Below are positions 20,768-38,557 of a DNA stretch of 64,000 bases, in pieces. Position 1 is the first letter of the stretch; each line of letters begins with the position of its first letter. The notes under the pieces are model-generated. The model was not told the DNA's origin. It made no database searches and saw only the letters and a program-made list of their open reading frames with translations. This stretch comes from the human T2T-CHM13v2.0 reference genome, Homo sapiens: assembly GCF_009914755.1 (NCBI RefSeq), contig NC_060928.1; one strand, written 5' to 3'. The position numbers and the translations under genes were made by a program.

Positions 20768-21228
20768 TGAGTAGCTGTGTTCCTGGGTCTTTCGATGGTT
20801 ATTTAATACTTCCCTACAGTAATGCCCTGTGCGTACATGCTAAGTGTGATGAAATGGTTGGCACAGTTAAATCTTTTGAAAGACATTGCCAAGTCACTCT
20901 TCAGAAAAGTGATAGGAGGTCATAGCAATTTTAAGAAGTCCTCATTTCTACATTTCCTTACTAATCTCGGTTGGTGTCTCTTCAATCTTTCCTCACACTT
21001 TTCTTGGGTTTTTCCTGAATCATGAGTCTACTACATTTACACATTTTAAAGCATCTTTAGAAACAGGATCTCATTTTGTTGCCCAGGCTAGAGTTTGGTG
21101 GCATGATTATAGCTCCTCATACTCCTGGGCTCAAGTGATCCTTCCACCTCTGAAACCCCGAAATTTGAGAAAGGTCTCATTTAATTTAGAAAGTTTATTT
21201 TGCCAAGGTTGAGGGTGCACACCTGTGA

Positions 21229-21872
21229 TGATATACGAGTTAAAAAGAAATTATTTAGGCAGATACTGAGGGTAAGAAAGTCCTCGGTAAGGTTTTCTTT
21301 TCAACGAAAAGCAGCCCCCAAGCATTTTCTTTTCTAACAAAGAGCAGCCTGTAAAATCGAGCTGCAGACATACACAAGCAAGCTGGAAGCTTGCACAGGT
21401 GAATGCTGGCAGCTGTGCCAATAAGAAAAGGCTACCTGGGGCCAGGCAGATCCAACATGGCGGCTCCATCTTCCCTTTCCTTGTCAACCATGTGCACAGT
21501 AAGGAGCAGGCAACATAGTGTCCCCCGAGTAGAGACCAATTTGCATAATAAAAGGTGAGGGTAGGGTGGGCAGCTTCTTTGCATGCTATGTAAACATTAT
21601 GCCTGGTCCAACCAATCTTTGGGCCCTGTGTAAATTAGACACCACCTCCTCAAGCCTGTCTATAAAACCCTGTCCATTCTGCCGCAGGCTGGAAGACCCA
21701 CTGGGGCACCCCTCTCTCTCTATAGGAGACAGCTATTCATTTTTCTCTTTCTTTCACCTATTAAAGCTCCACTCTTAACCCCACTCCGTGTGTATCTATG
21801 TTCTTGATTTCCTTGGCATGAGGCAATGAACCTTGGGTATTACCCCAGAACCTTGGGTATTATGCCACTTCA
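21229..21872 (+). mobile_element. MER50-like LTR
   Basis: TGATATACGAGTTAAAAAGAAATTATTTAGGCAGATA start. Perfect TSD GTGA at 21225-21228 and 21873-21876. Confidence 0.78.
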
Positions 21873-22120
21873 GTGACACAGCCTCAGGAAATCCTGATGA
21901 CATGTTCCCAAGATGGTCGGGGCACAGCTTGGTTTTATACATTTTAGGGAGACATGAGACGTCAATTCATATATGTAAGAAGTACATTGGTTCCGTCCAG
22001 AAAGGCGGGGACAACTTGAGGCAGGGAGAGAGCTTCTAGGTCACAGGTAGACAAATGGTTGCATTCTTTTGAATCTCCGATAAGCCTTTCCAAAGGAGGC
22101 AATCAGAATATGCGTCTATT

Positions 22121-22739
<619 letters not shown>

Positions 22740-24768
22740 GAGAGAGAATATGCATCTATCTCAGTGAGCAGAAGGATGACTTTGAATGGAATGGGAGCAG
22801 TTCCTAGCTTGAACTTCCCCTTTAGCTTCAGTGATTTGGGGGCTCAAGGTATGTTCCTTTCACATACCTCAGCCTCCCAAGTAGCTGGGACCACAAGTGC
22901 ATGCCACCACACGTGGCTAATGTTTTATTTTTTTTGTAGGAATAGGGTCTCACTATGTGTCCAGGCTGGTCTAAAACCCCTGAGCTCAAATGGTCCTCCC
23001 GCCTCAGCCTCCCGAAATGCTGGGATTACAGGCATGAGCCAGCATGCCCGGCCTAGTCTACATTTTTATAAATTGCTAATTCAAAGTTCCCTCTCCAAAA
23101 CCTCATGGTTTTCCCTGTTCTCATCCCCTGCACCCTCCCTTCCCCTGGAGTACTCACCTGGCCTTGGAGGTCTGGTGTGAGCCCGGACTTCGATTCTAGG
23201 CACAGCATGTGATGAGCGCCCCCAGGTCAAACACCTCCCCTCTGCGGCCTGTGCTTCACCGCCTTGACAGTGAGAAAGGTCTCCCTTCGGCTCATTCTCG
23301 AAGTCTCAAACTTCACTTCTCCTGTGCGCTGATTCTGAATTCAGCCCCCGTCCAAGGTCCTGGCCCCTTTCTCTTCTGCTTGGCGTGTTGTTCATCACCA
23401 CTGTGCACTGCTGAGGGTAAGTGCGGTTCTCTGGACCTCTGCTTTATCATTAGAACAGACTCTTGCGGTTTCCCACGACATTCCTTTCACTTCTCACTTG
23501 GAAGATGAGCCGTGAGGAAATCCTGTGTTGTGTGGTATGTGGGCTGTGCTTCTGCTTGACTTGAGGGCCAAGCAGCATTGCAAGCCATGGTTTTAAATAA
23601 GAAAGAACATTTCTAACCTTCATCTTCTAGTAAGGAAACAAGTGGGCTTTAGAGTTCTTGCTCAGGAAAGACCTATGTCCCAGTCCAACCGGACCTTTTA
23701 CTAAAGAGATCTTCCTGATCCTCCTCCCCAGGCCAGGGGAGGGGTCCTCCCTGGGGTTGGAGCCTTTAGTAGGGGGTCGGAGACACGACGTAGCCTTCAT
23801 GACATTCATAGTCTAGTTACACGATCCCTGTAAGGGTCAGTTGAAGTAAGTGCTACAAAGGAAGGGAGGTGCTCAGTGGAGAGGGCTCTCTTTTATGTAT
23901 TATATTTCTTTCATGGGGAGGGATATGGATCAGGGATCAGCAGAGGTGTTTCAGTCCCGAGGGAAAGAAAGTCAGCGTGGCTTGGGAGTTGGGAGCAGCA
24001 AGACAGTGGCTCAAGATATCTTAAGACTAGTGGAGTACACCTTGCATGTTAAAAGCCTTGCTCAGGGCTGCCTGGTTCTTGTAGGACGACAGAGATGGCC
24101 TAGCTCTGCATACTGCACCCCCAGGGGCTCAGAACAGTGCAAATGTCAGTCTATCTGTCAGTGGCAGAGCCAGCCTTGGAGCAGGGGTGCAAGGAGGTCT
24201 CTGCACTGGCCAGGCATGCAGAACATTCTGTTCAGTAGCACTGGACAGAAGGCCCCATCTAGATGAGACAGAGCTGGTGGGGCAGGACAAAGACTCCTGG
24301 CAGCTCAAACGGCCTGGCAGATGCTTGGAGAGAGGGGGCTTCTTGAGACAGCACCATTTCTGGGAAGAGAGTCACCTGGGAGGGATGAGGCCACGCTCCG
24401 GCTTGGAGGTGAAGAGAGGGGCTGCTGCAAGAAAGAATTAGAGACATGCCAGCCTTTGCTGTGTTGCCCAGGCTGGTCATGAACTCTTGGCCTCAAGCAA
24501 TCTTCCCACCTCAGCCTCCCCAAGCGCTGGGATTATAGACATGAGCCCCCATGCTGGCCAATAAAAGATGATTTTATGGAGGGGATGGTGGTGAAGGTTG
24601 TGGGTGGTATGAAATAGTAAGAAATATATATTGGTCTGCACCCAGTTCCTGCCACAGAGCTCCTAAAATCCTGAGAACTTCCTGGGTGAGCATCTTTTGT
24701 TCTAATGAGGTGACTCTTGGTGGCTCCTGGATAGGAGTGAATCACCAGAAAGATCAAGCCAGAGTTAG

Positions 24769-24985
<217 letters not shown>

Positions 24986-25129
24986 TAATTTTTGTATTTT
25001 TAGCAGAGACGGGGTTTCACCATATTAACCAGGCTGGCCTCAAACTCCTTACCTTGTGATCCGCCTGCCTCAGCCTCCCAAAGTGCTGGGATTACAGGCA
25101 TGAGCCACCGTGCCTGGCCAAAAGACATT

Positions 25130-25955
25130 GTTCTTAAAAGAATCAACTAACTAACCAAATAAATAAAAATCTAACCTAATTAAGAAACTAAAAATACACA
25201 AAAATTAATTTCAAGGGGAGAAAAATCATGTAAAGAGAGAAAGATAATGAATACTTTGCAGAAATTTATGAACATAAACATAAAACTTGGATGAAATGCA
25301 TTTCTAGGAAAACATAATTTATCAAAACTAACCACAAGTAAAATAGAAGCCTAAATAGGATATTTTCAAGAGAAGAAGTAAAGTTGTCAAAGTGCTACCC
25401 TTCAAAAAAACACCAGGCTCAAACAATCTGACATGGGAATGTTAGCACACCTTAGAGAGCAAATAAAACTTTGAATGGGCTTGAAATATTCCAGACTCTA
25501 GAAAAACAAAACTTCCCAATTCTTTTTATAAAGCAAGTATAAATTGATACCAAAATCTTATAAAGACCTTATACAAAACTTCATACCAATCTCTTTTATG
25601 AATACAAAACCCTTAATAAAGTATTACCAGACAGAACCCAACAATACATAAAAATGTCACATCATAACATAGTGGGGTTTATTTCAATAATGCATGGATG
25701 GTTCAATACAAGGAAATTCAGTAACACAATATAATAGATCATGTGAATATACCCAAAGAAAAAATAGATTATTTTCATAGATGCTGTAAAGGCATTTGAC
25801 CAAATTCAACACCTACTTTTTAGGTGGTCAATAAAATAAATTAGTTACTCCTTCTTTAGCATGATAAAATATATTTATCAGCCCAGAAGGCATCATTTTA
25901 CCCGATAAGGGCACACGCTGGAGGGAATAATGTTAAAATTAGGAATAAGAGGATA
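25130..25955 (+). mobile_element. Old L1 ORF2 fragment
   Basis: A-rich strand with L1 RT-region remnants (ATAGATGCTGTAAAGGCATTTGACCAAATTCAACAC). Confidence 0.75.
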
Positions 25956-26268
25956 GCTAGTTTCTTTCTTCTTTTTTTTTTTTGAGACGGAGTCTTGCTC
26001 TGTTGCCAGGCTGGAGTGCAGTGGTGCAATGTTGGCTCACTGCACGCCCCCCGCCTCCCAGGTTCAAGCGATTCTCCTGCCTCAGCCTCCCGAGTAGCTG
26101 GGACTACAGGCGCGCACCACCATGCCCGGCTAATTTTTTTTTGTATTTTAGTAGAGATGGGGTTTCACCATGTTGGTCAGGCTGGTCTTGAACTCCCAAC
26201 CTCACGTACTGGGATTACCGGTGTGAGCCACCACGCCAGCCCAACTACTTTCAACATTATCCTTAATA

Positions 26269-26664
26269 CTGATGCTTATTGACTTACTATGGGGTTACCT
26301 CTAGATAAATCCATAATAAGTTGAAAATATAAGTAAAAAATGCCCTTAATACACCTAACCTACCAAACATCATAGCTGAGCCCAGCCTGCCTTAGCTATG
26401 CTCAGACACTGACGTCAGCCTACAATTGGCAAAATCACACAGCAGCACAGTCTACTGCAGAGCATCTGCTGTTTGCCCTTGTGACTGCGTGGCTGCCTGG
26501 GAGCTTCCCAGCTTCACAAGACAGTATTACGTAGCACATCACTAGCCTGGGGAAAGATCAAAGTTGAAAATTTGAAGTGTGGTTTCCATTGAATGTGTAC
26601 TGCTTTTGCACCATCATCAAGTCAAAAAATTTTAGTTGAACCAGCCTAAGTTTGGGACCATCTT
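26269..26664 (+). mobile_element. MER47A-like Tigger-family MITE
   Basis: CTGATGCTTATTGACTTACTATGGGGTTAC start, degenerate terminal inverted repeats, TA on both flanks. Confidence 0.7.
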
Positions 26665-26894
26665 TATTTTCAGGAGGAACTTCCATGTACATTGATGACG
26701 GACGATAGAATCCGTTTCTATCATCCTAATGAACATAATGAATAAATCCAGACAAACATAAACATTAACAGAGTAAGCAGCTTTCGGGGCTGGAAGCCAG
26801 AAGAGGGTGGGAGCGCAGAGAGAGAGGCCAAACACCAGGGCTGCTTCTGCTTTGCGGGTATTTGCTGATCTGGACAAGGTATCTGGAAGGCTGA

Positions 26895-27130
<236 letters not shown>

Positions 27131-28748
27131 TGATCTGTCCACCTCGGCCTCCCAAAGTGCTGGGATTATAGGCGTGACCCACCGTGCCCCGTCTGAGCTA
27201 AGCCTCTTGAGCATAGGGGACTAAAAATGAAATCTAGCGCATGCCAAGTTTAGGGTCCCAGGCAATTCCTTTCCACTTTGGGGTCCACTTTGGGGTCCAC
27301 CCCACCCAAGAAGAAGGATGACTTGGAAGTAAACCAGCTCTGAAATATGGATGGTCCTCTGGGACCATACCAATCCCTTCATATCAACCACATCCAGTTC
27401 CTCAAAACTGGAACTTGGATTAAGATGGCCTAGGACTTCTAGTGTCCCAGGAGCCTGGCATTGCAAACAAAAATCCTCTCCGGAAGAAGATAATACCTTA
27501 AGCTTCAAATGACTCTCTAATAAATTTCAAATACAATGTCCAGCACACAAACACAAATTACCAGGAACGTGATATGAGGCCTGATGGATGGGAATTAGCA
27601 GAAACTTCAGGCATGAGAAACATACCCTCAGAGGCCTAGAATCTATCTAGTGTCTAGATAATGGAGATATGAAATACAGACACTTAAACAACTATGTTTC
27701 CCATGTTCAAAGAGGAAATTTGCAAAACTTGAAAGTGTTGGCAGGAAATCAGAAACTATAAAATGTGACAACAGCATACTTTAGAGTCAGTATAAATTAC
27801 GGTCCCGAAAACTGCAGAATTCCAGAACTTAATGGTAAAGCAAGGGTTTAACAGCAGAATAGAAATAGCCAGAGAGAACTAGGAAGTAAGTCAGATGACA
27901 CTACCCAGAATAAGGCACTGAGAGGCCAAGGAATGGAAAATGCAGAAGAAAGGATATGGTGAGAGGATCTAATATACATTTATTTGGAGTACCAGGGAGA
28001 GAGAGAAGGAGAAGAACAGAAGCCGTGTTTCAAGGACGGTGACTGAGAGGCTTCGAAACTGATGAAAGCCATCAGTTCACAAATTCAAAGCCCAGTGAAT
28101 TCCAAGGAGAAAAAAAGAAATCCATACTGTGAAAGCAAGTCCAGACAATGACAAACACCATCAACAATACACAGGACAGGCATAAGATGCATTTAATGGG
28201 GACACTCAGAGGCAGAGGGTTATCAGAAGGAGGCACTTCTCTCCCAAGTTCTCATCATCCCAGGGCCAGGGACAGCTGGTCACACCTTAGGGAGTTCACT
28301 AGGAGAGGGATCTGGCTTCTTGTCATTCTGGGTATTTGTAGGGAAATTGGAAGGGAACCGAGAGCACCTAGCCAATCGCATAGCAATGGGAGATTTCAGG
28401 CTGTGGGGAATGTCTTTGCTGGTGAAAAGAACATCCTGACCTTAGAAATCTTTCACCGAGGGGGATCTGCGTTCCAGAACTTCTGGAGCTGGTATAGGTA
28501 AGGCTTTGAGCTTTCCTACTGAGCCAGCCTGTTGCTAGGTTACCAAAGGGGACCTCGAGGGCCATCTGGCCAACAAGCAGACTTGTCTCTCCTTACACCC
28601 CCAGACGTATCACTGCAAAACTACAGAAAACCAAAGACAGAGAAAATCTTAAAAGCAGCCAGATTTAAAAAATGGCATATTAGTTTCAAAGCAGCAGCCA
28701 TGAAATTGACAGCTGATGTCTCAACAGCAAGAATGAAAAGTGGAAGAC

Positions 28749-29331
<583 letters not shown>

Positions 29332-29854
29332 CTACAACTGTTGTGTCTCTATCTTTTGTAACATATATGTGTGTGTAGCTTTTTTTTTTTTTTTTGTCAA
29401 GATGGATTCTCACTCTGTCGCCCAGGCTACAGTGAAATGGCACGGTCTCGGCTCACTGCAACCTCTGCCCCTTGGGCTCAAATGATTCTCTTGCCTCAGC
29501 CTCCTGAGTAGCTGAGATTACAGGTGCCTGGCACAATGCCTGGCTAATTTTTGTATTTTTACTAGAGATGGGATTTCTCCATGTTGGCCAGGCTGGTCTT
29601 GAACACCTGACCTCAGGTGATCCACCTGCCTGGGCCTCCCAAAGTGCTAGGATTACAGGCGCGAGCCACTGCATCTGGCCTATGTGTGTGTTTATATGGA
29701 ATTAAAACACATGGCAATAATACCCTCCAAATTGGGAGAAACCAAAAATAGCATTTAAATGTTGTAAGCTCCCTGCATAATCAAGAAGAGAATAGATTTA
29801 CGTTAGATTTTGATACCTGGAGGATGAATGTTGTAATTTCTAGGGTGACCATGA

Positions 29855-30219
<365 letters not shown>

Positions 30220-30999
30220 TAAAATCAGACTTAACCAAAAACCAGGTAACAGAGCTGGTAGGATATACAGAAAGACTGACCTCACGTATATCAACGATTA
30301 CAGTTAATATTAATGAAGGAAATGCTCTAGTTTAAAAACGAGGGTTGTCAAAGACCCCACATAAGAAGCTCCTTACCAGCGGTGCACCTAGAACCTAAGG
30401 AAACAGGACAGATGAAGGAGGACGCGCCCCCGCCGCTGTCCTGCGCCTCAGCCATCCTATGAGACGGGAAAGGTTTCTGTCTGCAGCTGGGCCCGTGCTC
30501 TTTACCAGCTCCTGGCTTTCTTCTCTGGAAGGTTCCTGCCTGTTTTGCCCTCACACCTGCTCCTCTCTCAGCCCTCTCAGGGGTGGGGCTGGAGGCCACC
30601 AAAGAGCCTCCTCTGCTCTCCAGTTGCTCGACTGCTCCTCATTTCCCCCTGGGGTCTGCGTCAGGGTTTCCTTCTTTTCCAGCCCCACCCCGCGTGCATC
30701 CCACCTGGTCTCGGGTCGGGGCTGCTCCCGCTTACTGCCCCCTGCCCAGGCTGGTGTGCACCCCCTCTGGCTGCTTTCAAGGCCTCTTCTCTCTTCTCGG
30801 CAGGACAGGCACAGGCAGGTGGCCAGGTGTCATGCTTAGCTCCCCGCCCAGTGAGATTCTTTCATTTAACAATCTTCCCCTGAATAGTTCATGTTCATTG
30901 CTGAAAATTTGAAAAATATGGAAAAGCACAAAGATTAAGATATAAACCGCCCTCAATTCCCCTGCCCAGAGAGAGTCACTGCTATGACTTGGTGACTAG

Positions 31000-31200
<201 letters not shown>

Positions 31201-32340
31201 TGAGAGAGGGTTTCATCTTGTTGGTCAGGCGGACTTGAACTCCTGACCTCAGGTGATCAGCCCACCTCGGCCTCCCAAAGTGCTGGGATTACAGGTGTGA
31301 GCCACTGCGCCTTCATCTCTCTTCTGTGTATGTGTACGCTGTTTTTTCTTTAGAATGGGGGACGTTATCAGGCTCTACATGGTGTGTAGTCGGCTAGCAT
31401 GTTGTAAGCCTTTCCCTGTGTCACAAGTGCTCATCTGGAACAGGATTCTAATGACTGCCTGTGGCTATGTTGGGATTCCTTTAACTCAGCTCCTTCTGCC
31501 CAGCATCTATCTTTTTTCCATCTTTTGTCCTAAGTGTTGCTATAATAAATCATTGATCACACATGCCTGACTGTTTGCATAGGATAAATTACGGGAAATG
31601 TTTTTGCTGTTCAGGGACTGTGCCCATTTTTAGGCCTCAGAGACACCATGCCAGACTGCCCAGTATTGATCTTTACTCTTTTTAGATGATGCCAAACTTT
31701 TCTGTGAACTTTAAAAACCTGTGTCTTGACAGTCCATTTCTGTAAGTCTTTCACATTAGATTTCCTGTCAGGATGATAGTCAATTCTAGGCAGATGATGT
31801 TTTCTCAGCCATGGCTGAAGCAGTTGTGATTTGTTGTGGCCATGTAAAGTCCCGATGATCCATTGCCTCCCTGGATGGGTTGGAATAATTTGGTTTGGGA
31901 GCATATAACAGAATGACCTGGAGTCACAGCAGCTCAGACGGAAGTGTATTTCTCCCTTACAGATGAAAGAATTCCAGGCCAGGCTGGAATGACAACTGCA
32001 CACAGTCATCTGGGCCCCCTCCTTCCAGCTCCCATCACCCCAGGATGTGGCTTTTATGCAGATGATCCAAAATGGCTGCTCAAGTCCCAGCCAACACATC
32101 CCATTCCAGGGAGCAGGAAAAAGGTGTGTCTTTCCCTTCATTTTATGTGATTCCTTTCTAGAAGTACTACTCATTACTTCTGCTTGCATCTCCCTGGCTA
32201 GCACTTACTTAGTTATATGGCCATAGCTAGCTGAAGGAAGGACAGGGACTGTCATACACTAGCTAAGAGGCAAACTGCTTAGATAAAAAGGTCTCTAAAG
32301 AAGGTCAGAGCGGCTGCTAGGGTGCAACTCTATTACTTAT

Positions 32341-32711
32341 TGTTATGGGACGAACTGTGTCCCTCATTCAGGTTGATGTCCTAAGCCCCAGAACCTCAGA
32401 ATGGGATTGTATTTGGAGACAGGTTCTTTAAGGAGGTAAGGAGGCTAAAATGAGATCATTAGGGTGGGCCATAATCCGACTGATGTCTTACAAGAAGAGA
32501 TTAGGACACGGACATGCTCAGAGGGACGGCCACGTGAGGACACCAAGAAAGGCAGCTGTCTGCAAGTCAAGGACAGGGCTCAGGGGAAACCAACCTTGCC
32601 AACACCTTCATCTCGGACTTCTAGCCTCTAGGACCATGAGAAGATACATTTCTGTTGTTTAAGCTGCCCGGTCTGTGGTACTTTGTTATGGCAGCCCAAG
32701 TAAACAAATAC
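32341..32711 (+). mobile_element. MLT1 (MaLR) LTR, MLT1B-like
   Basis: TGTTATGGGACGAACTGTGTCCC start, CTGTGGTACTTTGTTATGGCAGCCCAAGTAAACAAATACA end. Confidence 0.8.
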
Positions 32712-33303
32712 AGTCATCTGCTGCTGGAACAAATCACCCCAGCACTGTGGCTTGGCAGCACACATGTCTAGTCATAGAGTTATATGTAGTTACGTGTAGA
32801 GCCATATGTATCGTCACACGTTCTGTGGGTCAGGAATTTGGACCCAGCTTAACCAGCTCCACTTCTCGCCAGGGTTCAGTCAAATACCAGCTGCCTCCCA
32901 CCTGAGAGCTCAGCCGGGGAAGGGTCCCTTTCCAATCTCACGTGGTGTTGGCAGGATCCAGTTCCTCATGGCCTGCTGGACTGAGAACCTCAGTTCTCAC
33001 TGCCTGTTGGCCAGAGGCCGCCTTTATGTCCTCGCCATGTGGGCCTCTCCAACATGGCAGCTGACTTCATCAGAGCATCCATGCCAAGAAGGCAACAGAG
33101 AGGGCCAGGGAGACTGAAGTCATACCCTTTTGCGACCTAGTCATGGGGTGACATTCCATCACCTTTGCCCATTGGTTAGAAGCAGGCCACCAGGTACAGC
33201 CCAAGCTCACGGGGAGGGGTCATACAAGGGTGTCAATACCAGGAGGTGAGGGGTGCTGGGGCCATCTTATGAGTCTGCCCACTGAGGTAACTAACAACCT
33301 TGA

Positions 33304-33754
<451 letters not shown>

Positions 33755-35034
33755 TGATCCTCCCACATCAGCCTCCCAAGAACTGGGAACTAACAGCTGT
33801 TTCTCTGCTGTCCTTCTCAAGAAAAGGGAGGCTACTGCTACCCCACTGGGGACAATGCTGGGTTTCCCTTTAGGACAGGCTCTGAGACAAGGCGGAGGTG
33901 CTGTTTGTGGCCACAGAGCAGGGGACTCTGGGTTGCAGGTGTGGCCTGGCTAAAGTAGGCTTTACTGGGCTCCTCTCTGCCTGCATCACCCCCCGGCTGG
34001 GCGGTTGTCTCTGAGGCCAACCTTACTCCCTGCTGGGCAGGCTGGACAGCTGCCCTCTCCGTTTGCCCCTCTACCACCCAAAAGGCAGGAGGCTCTGGAG
34101 ACCAGGACCCTGCCCGCCACGGCCTGTGTCCCAGGCGTGAGGGGGTGCCCCACAGACCTCTGCTGAGCTGCTGCTGAATGACGCCCCTTGGGGGTCCTGC
34201 CGGAAGGTCAGAGCAGGGGTGCACTCCCATAAAGAAACGCCCCCAGGTCGGGACTCATTCCTGTGGGCGGCATCTTGTGGCCATAGCTGCTTCTCGCTGC
34301 ACTAATCACAGTGCCTCTGTGGGCAGCAGGCGCTGACCACCCAGGCCTGCCCCAGACCCTCTCCTCCCTTCCGGGGCGCTGCGCTGGGACCGATGGGGGG
34401 CGCCAGGCCTGTGGACACCGCCCTGCAGGGGCCTCTCCAGCTCACTGGGGGTGGGGTGGGGGTCACACTTGGGGTCCTCAGGTCGTGCCGACCACGCGCA
34501 TTCTCTGCGCTCTGCGCAGGAGCTCGCCCACCCTCTCCCCGTGCAGAGAGCCCCGCAGCTGGCTCCCCGCAGGGCTGTCCGGGTGAGTATGGCTCTGGCC
34601 ACGGGCCAGTGTGGCGGGAGGGCAAACCCCAAGGCCACCTCGGCTCAGAGTCCACGGCCGGCTGTCGCCCCGCTCCAGGCGTCGGCGGGGGATCCTTTCC
34701 GCATGGGCCTGCGCCCGCGCTCGGCGCCCCCTCCACGGCCCCGCCCCGTCCATGGCCCCGTCCTTCATGGGCGAGCCCCTCCATGGCCCTGCCCCTCCGC
34801 GCCCCACCCCTCCCTCGCCCCACCTCTCACCTTCCTGCCCCGCCCCCAGCCTCCCCACCCCTCACCGGCCAGTCCCCTCCCCTATCCCGCTCCGCCCCTC
34901 AGCCGCCCCGCCCCTCAGCCGGCCTGCCTAATGTCCCCGTCCCCAGCATCGCCCCGCCCCGCCCCCGTCTCGCCCCGCCCCTCAGGCGGCCTCCCTGCTG
35001 TGCCCCGCCCCGGCCTCGCCACGCCCCTACCTCA

Positions 35035-35068
35035 CCACGCCCCCCGCATCGCCACGCCCCCCGCATCG
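35035..35068. repeat. 17-bp promoter direct repeat x2
   Basis: CCACGCCCCCCGCATCG at 35035 and 35052. Confidence 0.9.
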
Positions 35069-35192
35069 CCACGCCTCCCTTACCATGCAGTCCCGCCCCG
35101 TCCCTTCCTCGTCCCGCCTCGCCGCGACACTTCACACACAGCTTCGCCTCACCCCATTACAGTCTCACCACGCCCCGTCCCCTCTCCGTTGA

Positions 35193-35843
<651 letters not shown>

Positions 35844-37649
35844 TGAGTTTGGGCCCGCTGCAGCTCCCTGTCCCGGCGGGTCCCAGGCTACGGCGGGGAT
35901 GGCGGTAACCCTGCAGCCTGCGGGCCGGCGACACGAACCCCCGGCCCCGCAGAGACAGAGTGACCCAGCAACCCAGAGCCCATGAGGGACACCCGCCCCC
36001 TCCTGGGGCGAGGCCTTCCCCCACTTCAGCCCCGCTCCCTCACTTGGGTCTTCCCTTGTCCTCTCGCGAGGGGAGGCAGAGCCTTGTTGGGGCCTGTCCT
36101 GAATTCACCGAGGGGAGTCACGGCCTCAGCCCTCTCGCCCTTCGCAGGATGCGAAGAGTTGGGGCGAGAACTTGTTTCTTTTTATTTGCGAGAAACCAGG
36201 GCGGGGGTTCTTTTAACTGCGTTGTGAAGAGAACTTGGAGGAGCCGAGATTTGCTCAGTGCCACTTCCCTCTTCTAGTCTGAGAGGGAAGAGGGCTGGGG
36301 GCGCGGGACACTTCGAGAGGAGGCGGGGTTTGGAGCTGGAGAGATGTGGGGGCAGTGGATGACATAATGCTTTTAGGACGCCTCGGCGGGAGTGGCGGGG
36401 CAGGGGGGGGGCGGGGAGTGAGGGCGCGTCCAATGGGAGATTTCTTTTCCTAGTGGCACTTAAAACAGCCTGAGATTTGAGGCTCTTCCTACATTGTCAG
36501 GACATTTCATTTAGTTCATGATCACGGTGGTAGTAACACGATTTTAAGCACCACCTAAGAGATCTGCTCATCTAAGCCTAAGTTGGTCTGCAGGCGTTTG
36601 AATGAGTTGTGGTTGCCAAGTAAAGTGGTGAACTTACGTGGTGATTAATGAAATTATCTTAAATATTAGGAAGAGTTGATTGAAGTTTTTTGCCTATGTG
36701 TGTTGGGAATAAAACCAACACGTTGCTGATGGGGAGGTTAATTGCCGAGGGATGAATGAGGTGTACATTTTACCAGTATTCCAGTCAGGCTTGCCAGAAT
36801 ACGGGGGGTCCGCAGACTCCGTGGGCATCTCAGATGTGCCAGTGAAAGGGTTTCTGTTTGCTTCATTGCTGACAGCTTGTTACTTTTTGGAAGCTAGGGG
36901 TTTCTGTTGCTTGTTCTTGGGGAGAATTTTTGAAACAGGAAAAGAGAGACCATTAAAACATCTAGCGGAACCCCAGGACTTTCCCTGGAAGTCTGTGTGT
37001 CGAGTGTACAGTAGGAGTTAGGAAGTACTCTGGTGCAGTTCAGGCCTTTCTCTTACCTCTCAGTATTCTATTTCCGATCTGGATGTGTCCCAGATGGCAT
37101 TTGGTAAGAATATCTCTGTTAAGACTGATTAATTTTTAGTAATATTTCTTGTTCTTTGTTTCTGTTATGATCCTTGTCTCGTCTTCAAAGTTTAATTAGA
37201 AAATGATTCGGAGAGCAGTGTTAGCTTATTTGTTGGAATAAAATTTAGGAATAAATTATTCTAAAGGATGGAAAAACTTTTTGGATATTTGGAGAAATTT
37301 TAAAACAATTTGGCTTATCTCTTCAGTAAGTAATTTCTCATCCAGAAATTTACTGTAGTGCTTTTCTAGGAGGTAGGTGTCATAAAAGTTCACACATTGC
37401 ATGTATCTTGTGTAAACACTAAACAGGGCTCCTGATGGGAAGGAAGACCTTTCTGCTGGGCTGCTTCAGACACTTGATCATTCTAAAAATATGCCTTCTC
37501 TTTCTTATGCTGATTTGACAGAACCTGCATTTGCTTATCTTCAAAATATGGGTATCAAGAAATTTCCTTTGCTGCCTTGACAAAGGAGATAGATTTTGTT
37601 TCATTACTTTAAGGTAATATATGATTACCTTATTTAAAAAATTTAATCA

Positions 37650-38015
<366 letters not shown>

Positions 38016-38185
38016 TTAAAATATCTTCCTTCCACCCCTTTCCTCTGAGTACCTAACTTTGTCCCCAAGAACAAGCACTATTTCAGTTCCTCATGTATCC
38101 TGCCAGATATAACCTGTTCATATTGTAAGATAGATTTAAAATGCTCTAAAAACAAAAGTAGTTTAGAATAATATATATCTATATA

Positions 38186-38471
38186 TTTTTTGAGATGTAG
38201 TCTCACATTGTCACCCAGGCTGGAGTGCAGTGATACAATCTCGGCTCACTGCAGTCTCTGCCTCCCAGGTTCAAATGCTTCTCCTGCCTCAGCCTTCTGA
38301 GTAGCTGGGATTACAGGCGCCCACCACCATGTCCAGCTAATTTTTGTATTTTTAGTAGAGATGGGGTTTCACCATGTTGGCCAGGCTGGTCTTGAACTCC
38401 TGACCTTGTGATCTGTCCACCTCGGCCTCCCAAAGTGCTGGGATTACAGGTGTGAGCCACCATGCCTGGCT
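38186..38471 (-). mobile_element. AluS element in HTT intron 1
   Basis: Full-length antisense Alu flanked by TAGAATAATA on both sides. Confidence 0.92.
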
Positions 38472-38551
38472 AGAATAATAACTTTTAAAGGTTCTTAGCA
38501 TGCTCTGAAATCAACTGCATTAGGTTTATTTATAGTTTTATAGTTATTTTA

Positions 38552-38557
38552 AATAAA
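38552..38557 (+). terminator. HTT: Proximal cryptic poly(A) signal of HTT1a (~2.7 kb into intron 1)
   Basis: AATAAA at intron 1 position 2710 with GT/T-rich downstream sequence. Agrees with the reported ~2.7 kb site. Confidence 0.7.

Noticed and set aside
23850-24430. Unique-looking stretch with Cys-containing minus-strand peptides (ECSACLASAETSLHPCS), possibly a decayed retrocopy
   Set aside because: Frequent stops and no parent gene recognised. A tBLASTx search would be needed to support it.
26700-26726. Short imperfect hairpin GGACGATAGAA...TTCTATCATCC
   Set aside because: An 11-bp imperfect stem is expected by chance in 64 kb and has no supporting context.
27273-27300. 12-bp tandem duplication CCACTTTGGGGT
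   Set aside because: Ordinary slippage duplication with no functional cue.
31611-32204. 197-aa minus-strand ORF
   Set aside because: Non-ATG start, no recognisable domain or splice context, and it appears to overlap decayed LTR sequence.
35888-35983. Antisense ATG at 35983 in the poly-Cys frame
   Set aside because: It reaches a TAG after 31 codons, before the CTG repeat. The listed antisense poly-Leu and poly-Ala ORFs start at GTG, not ATG.
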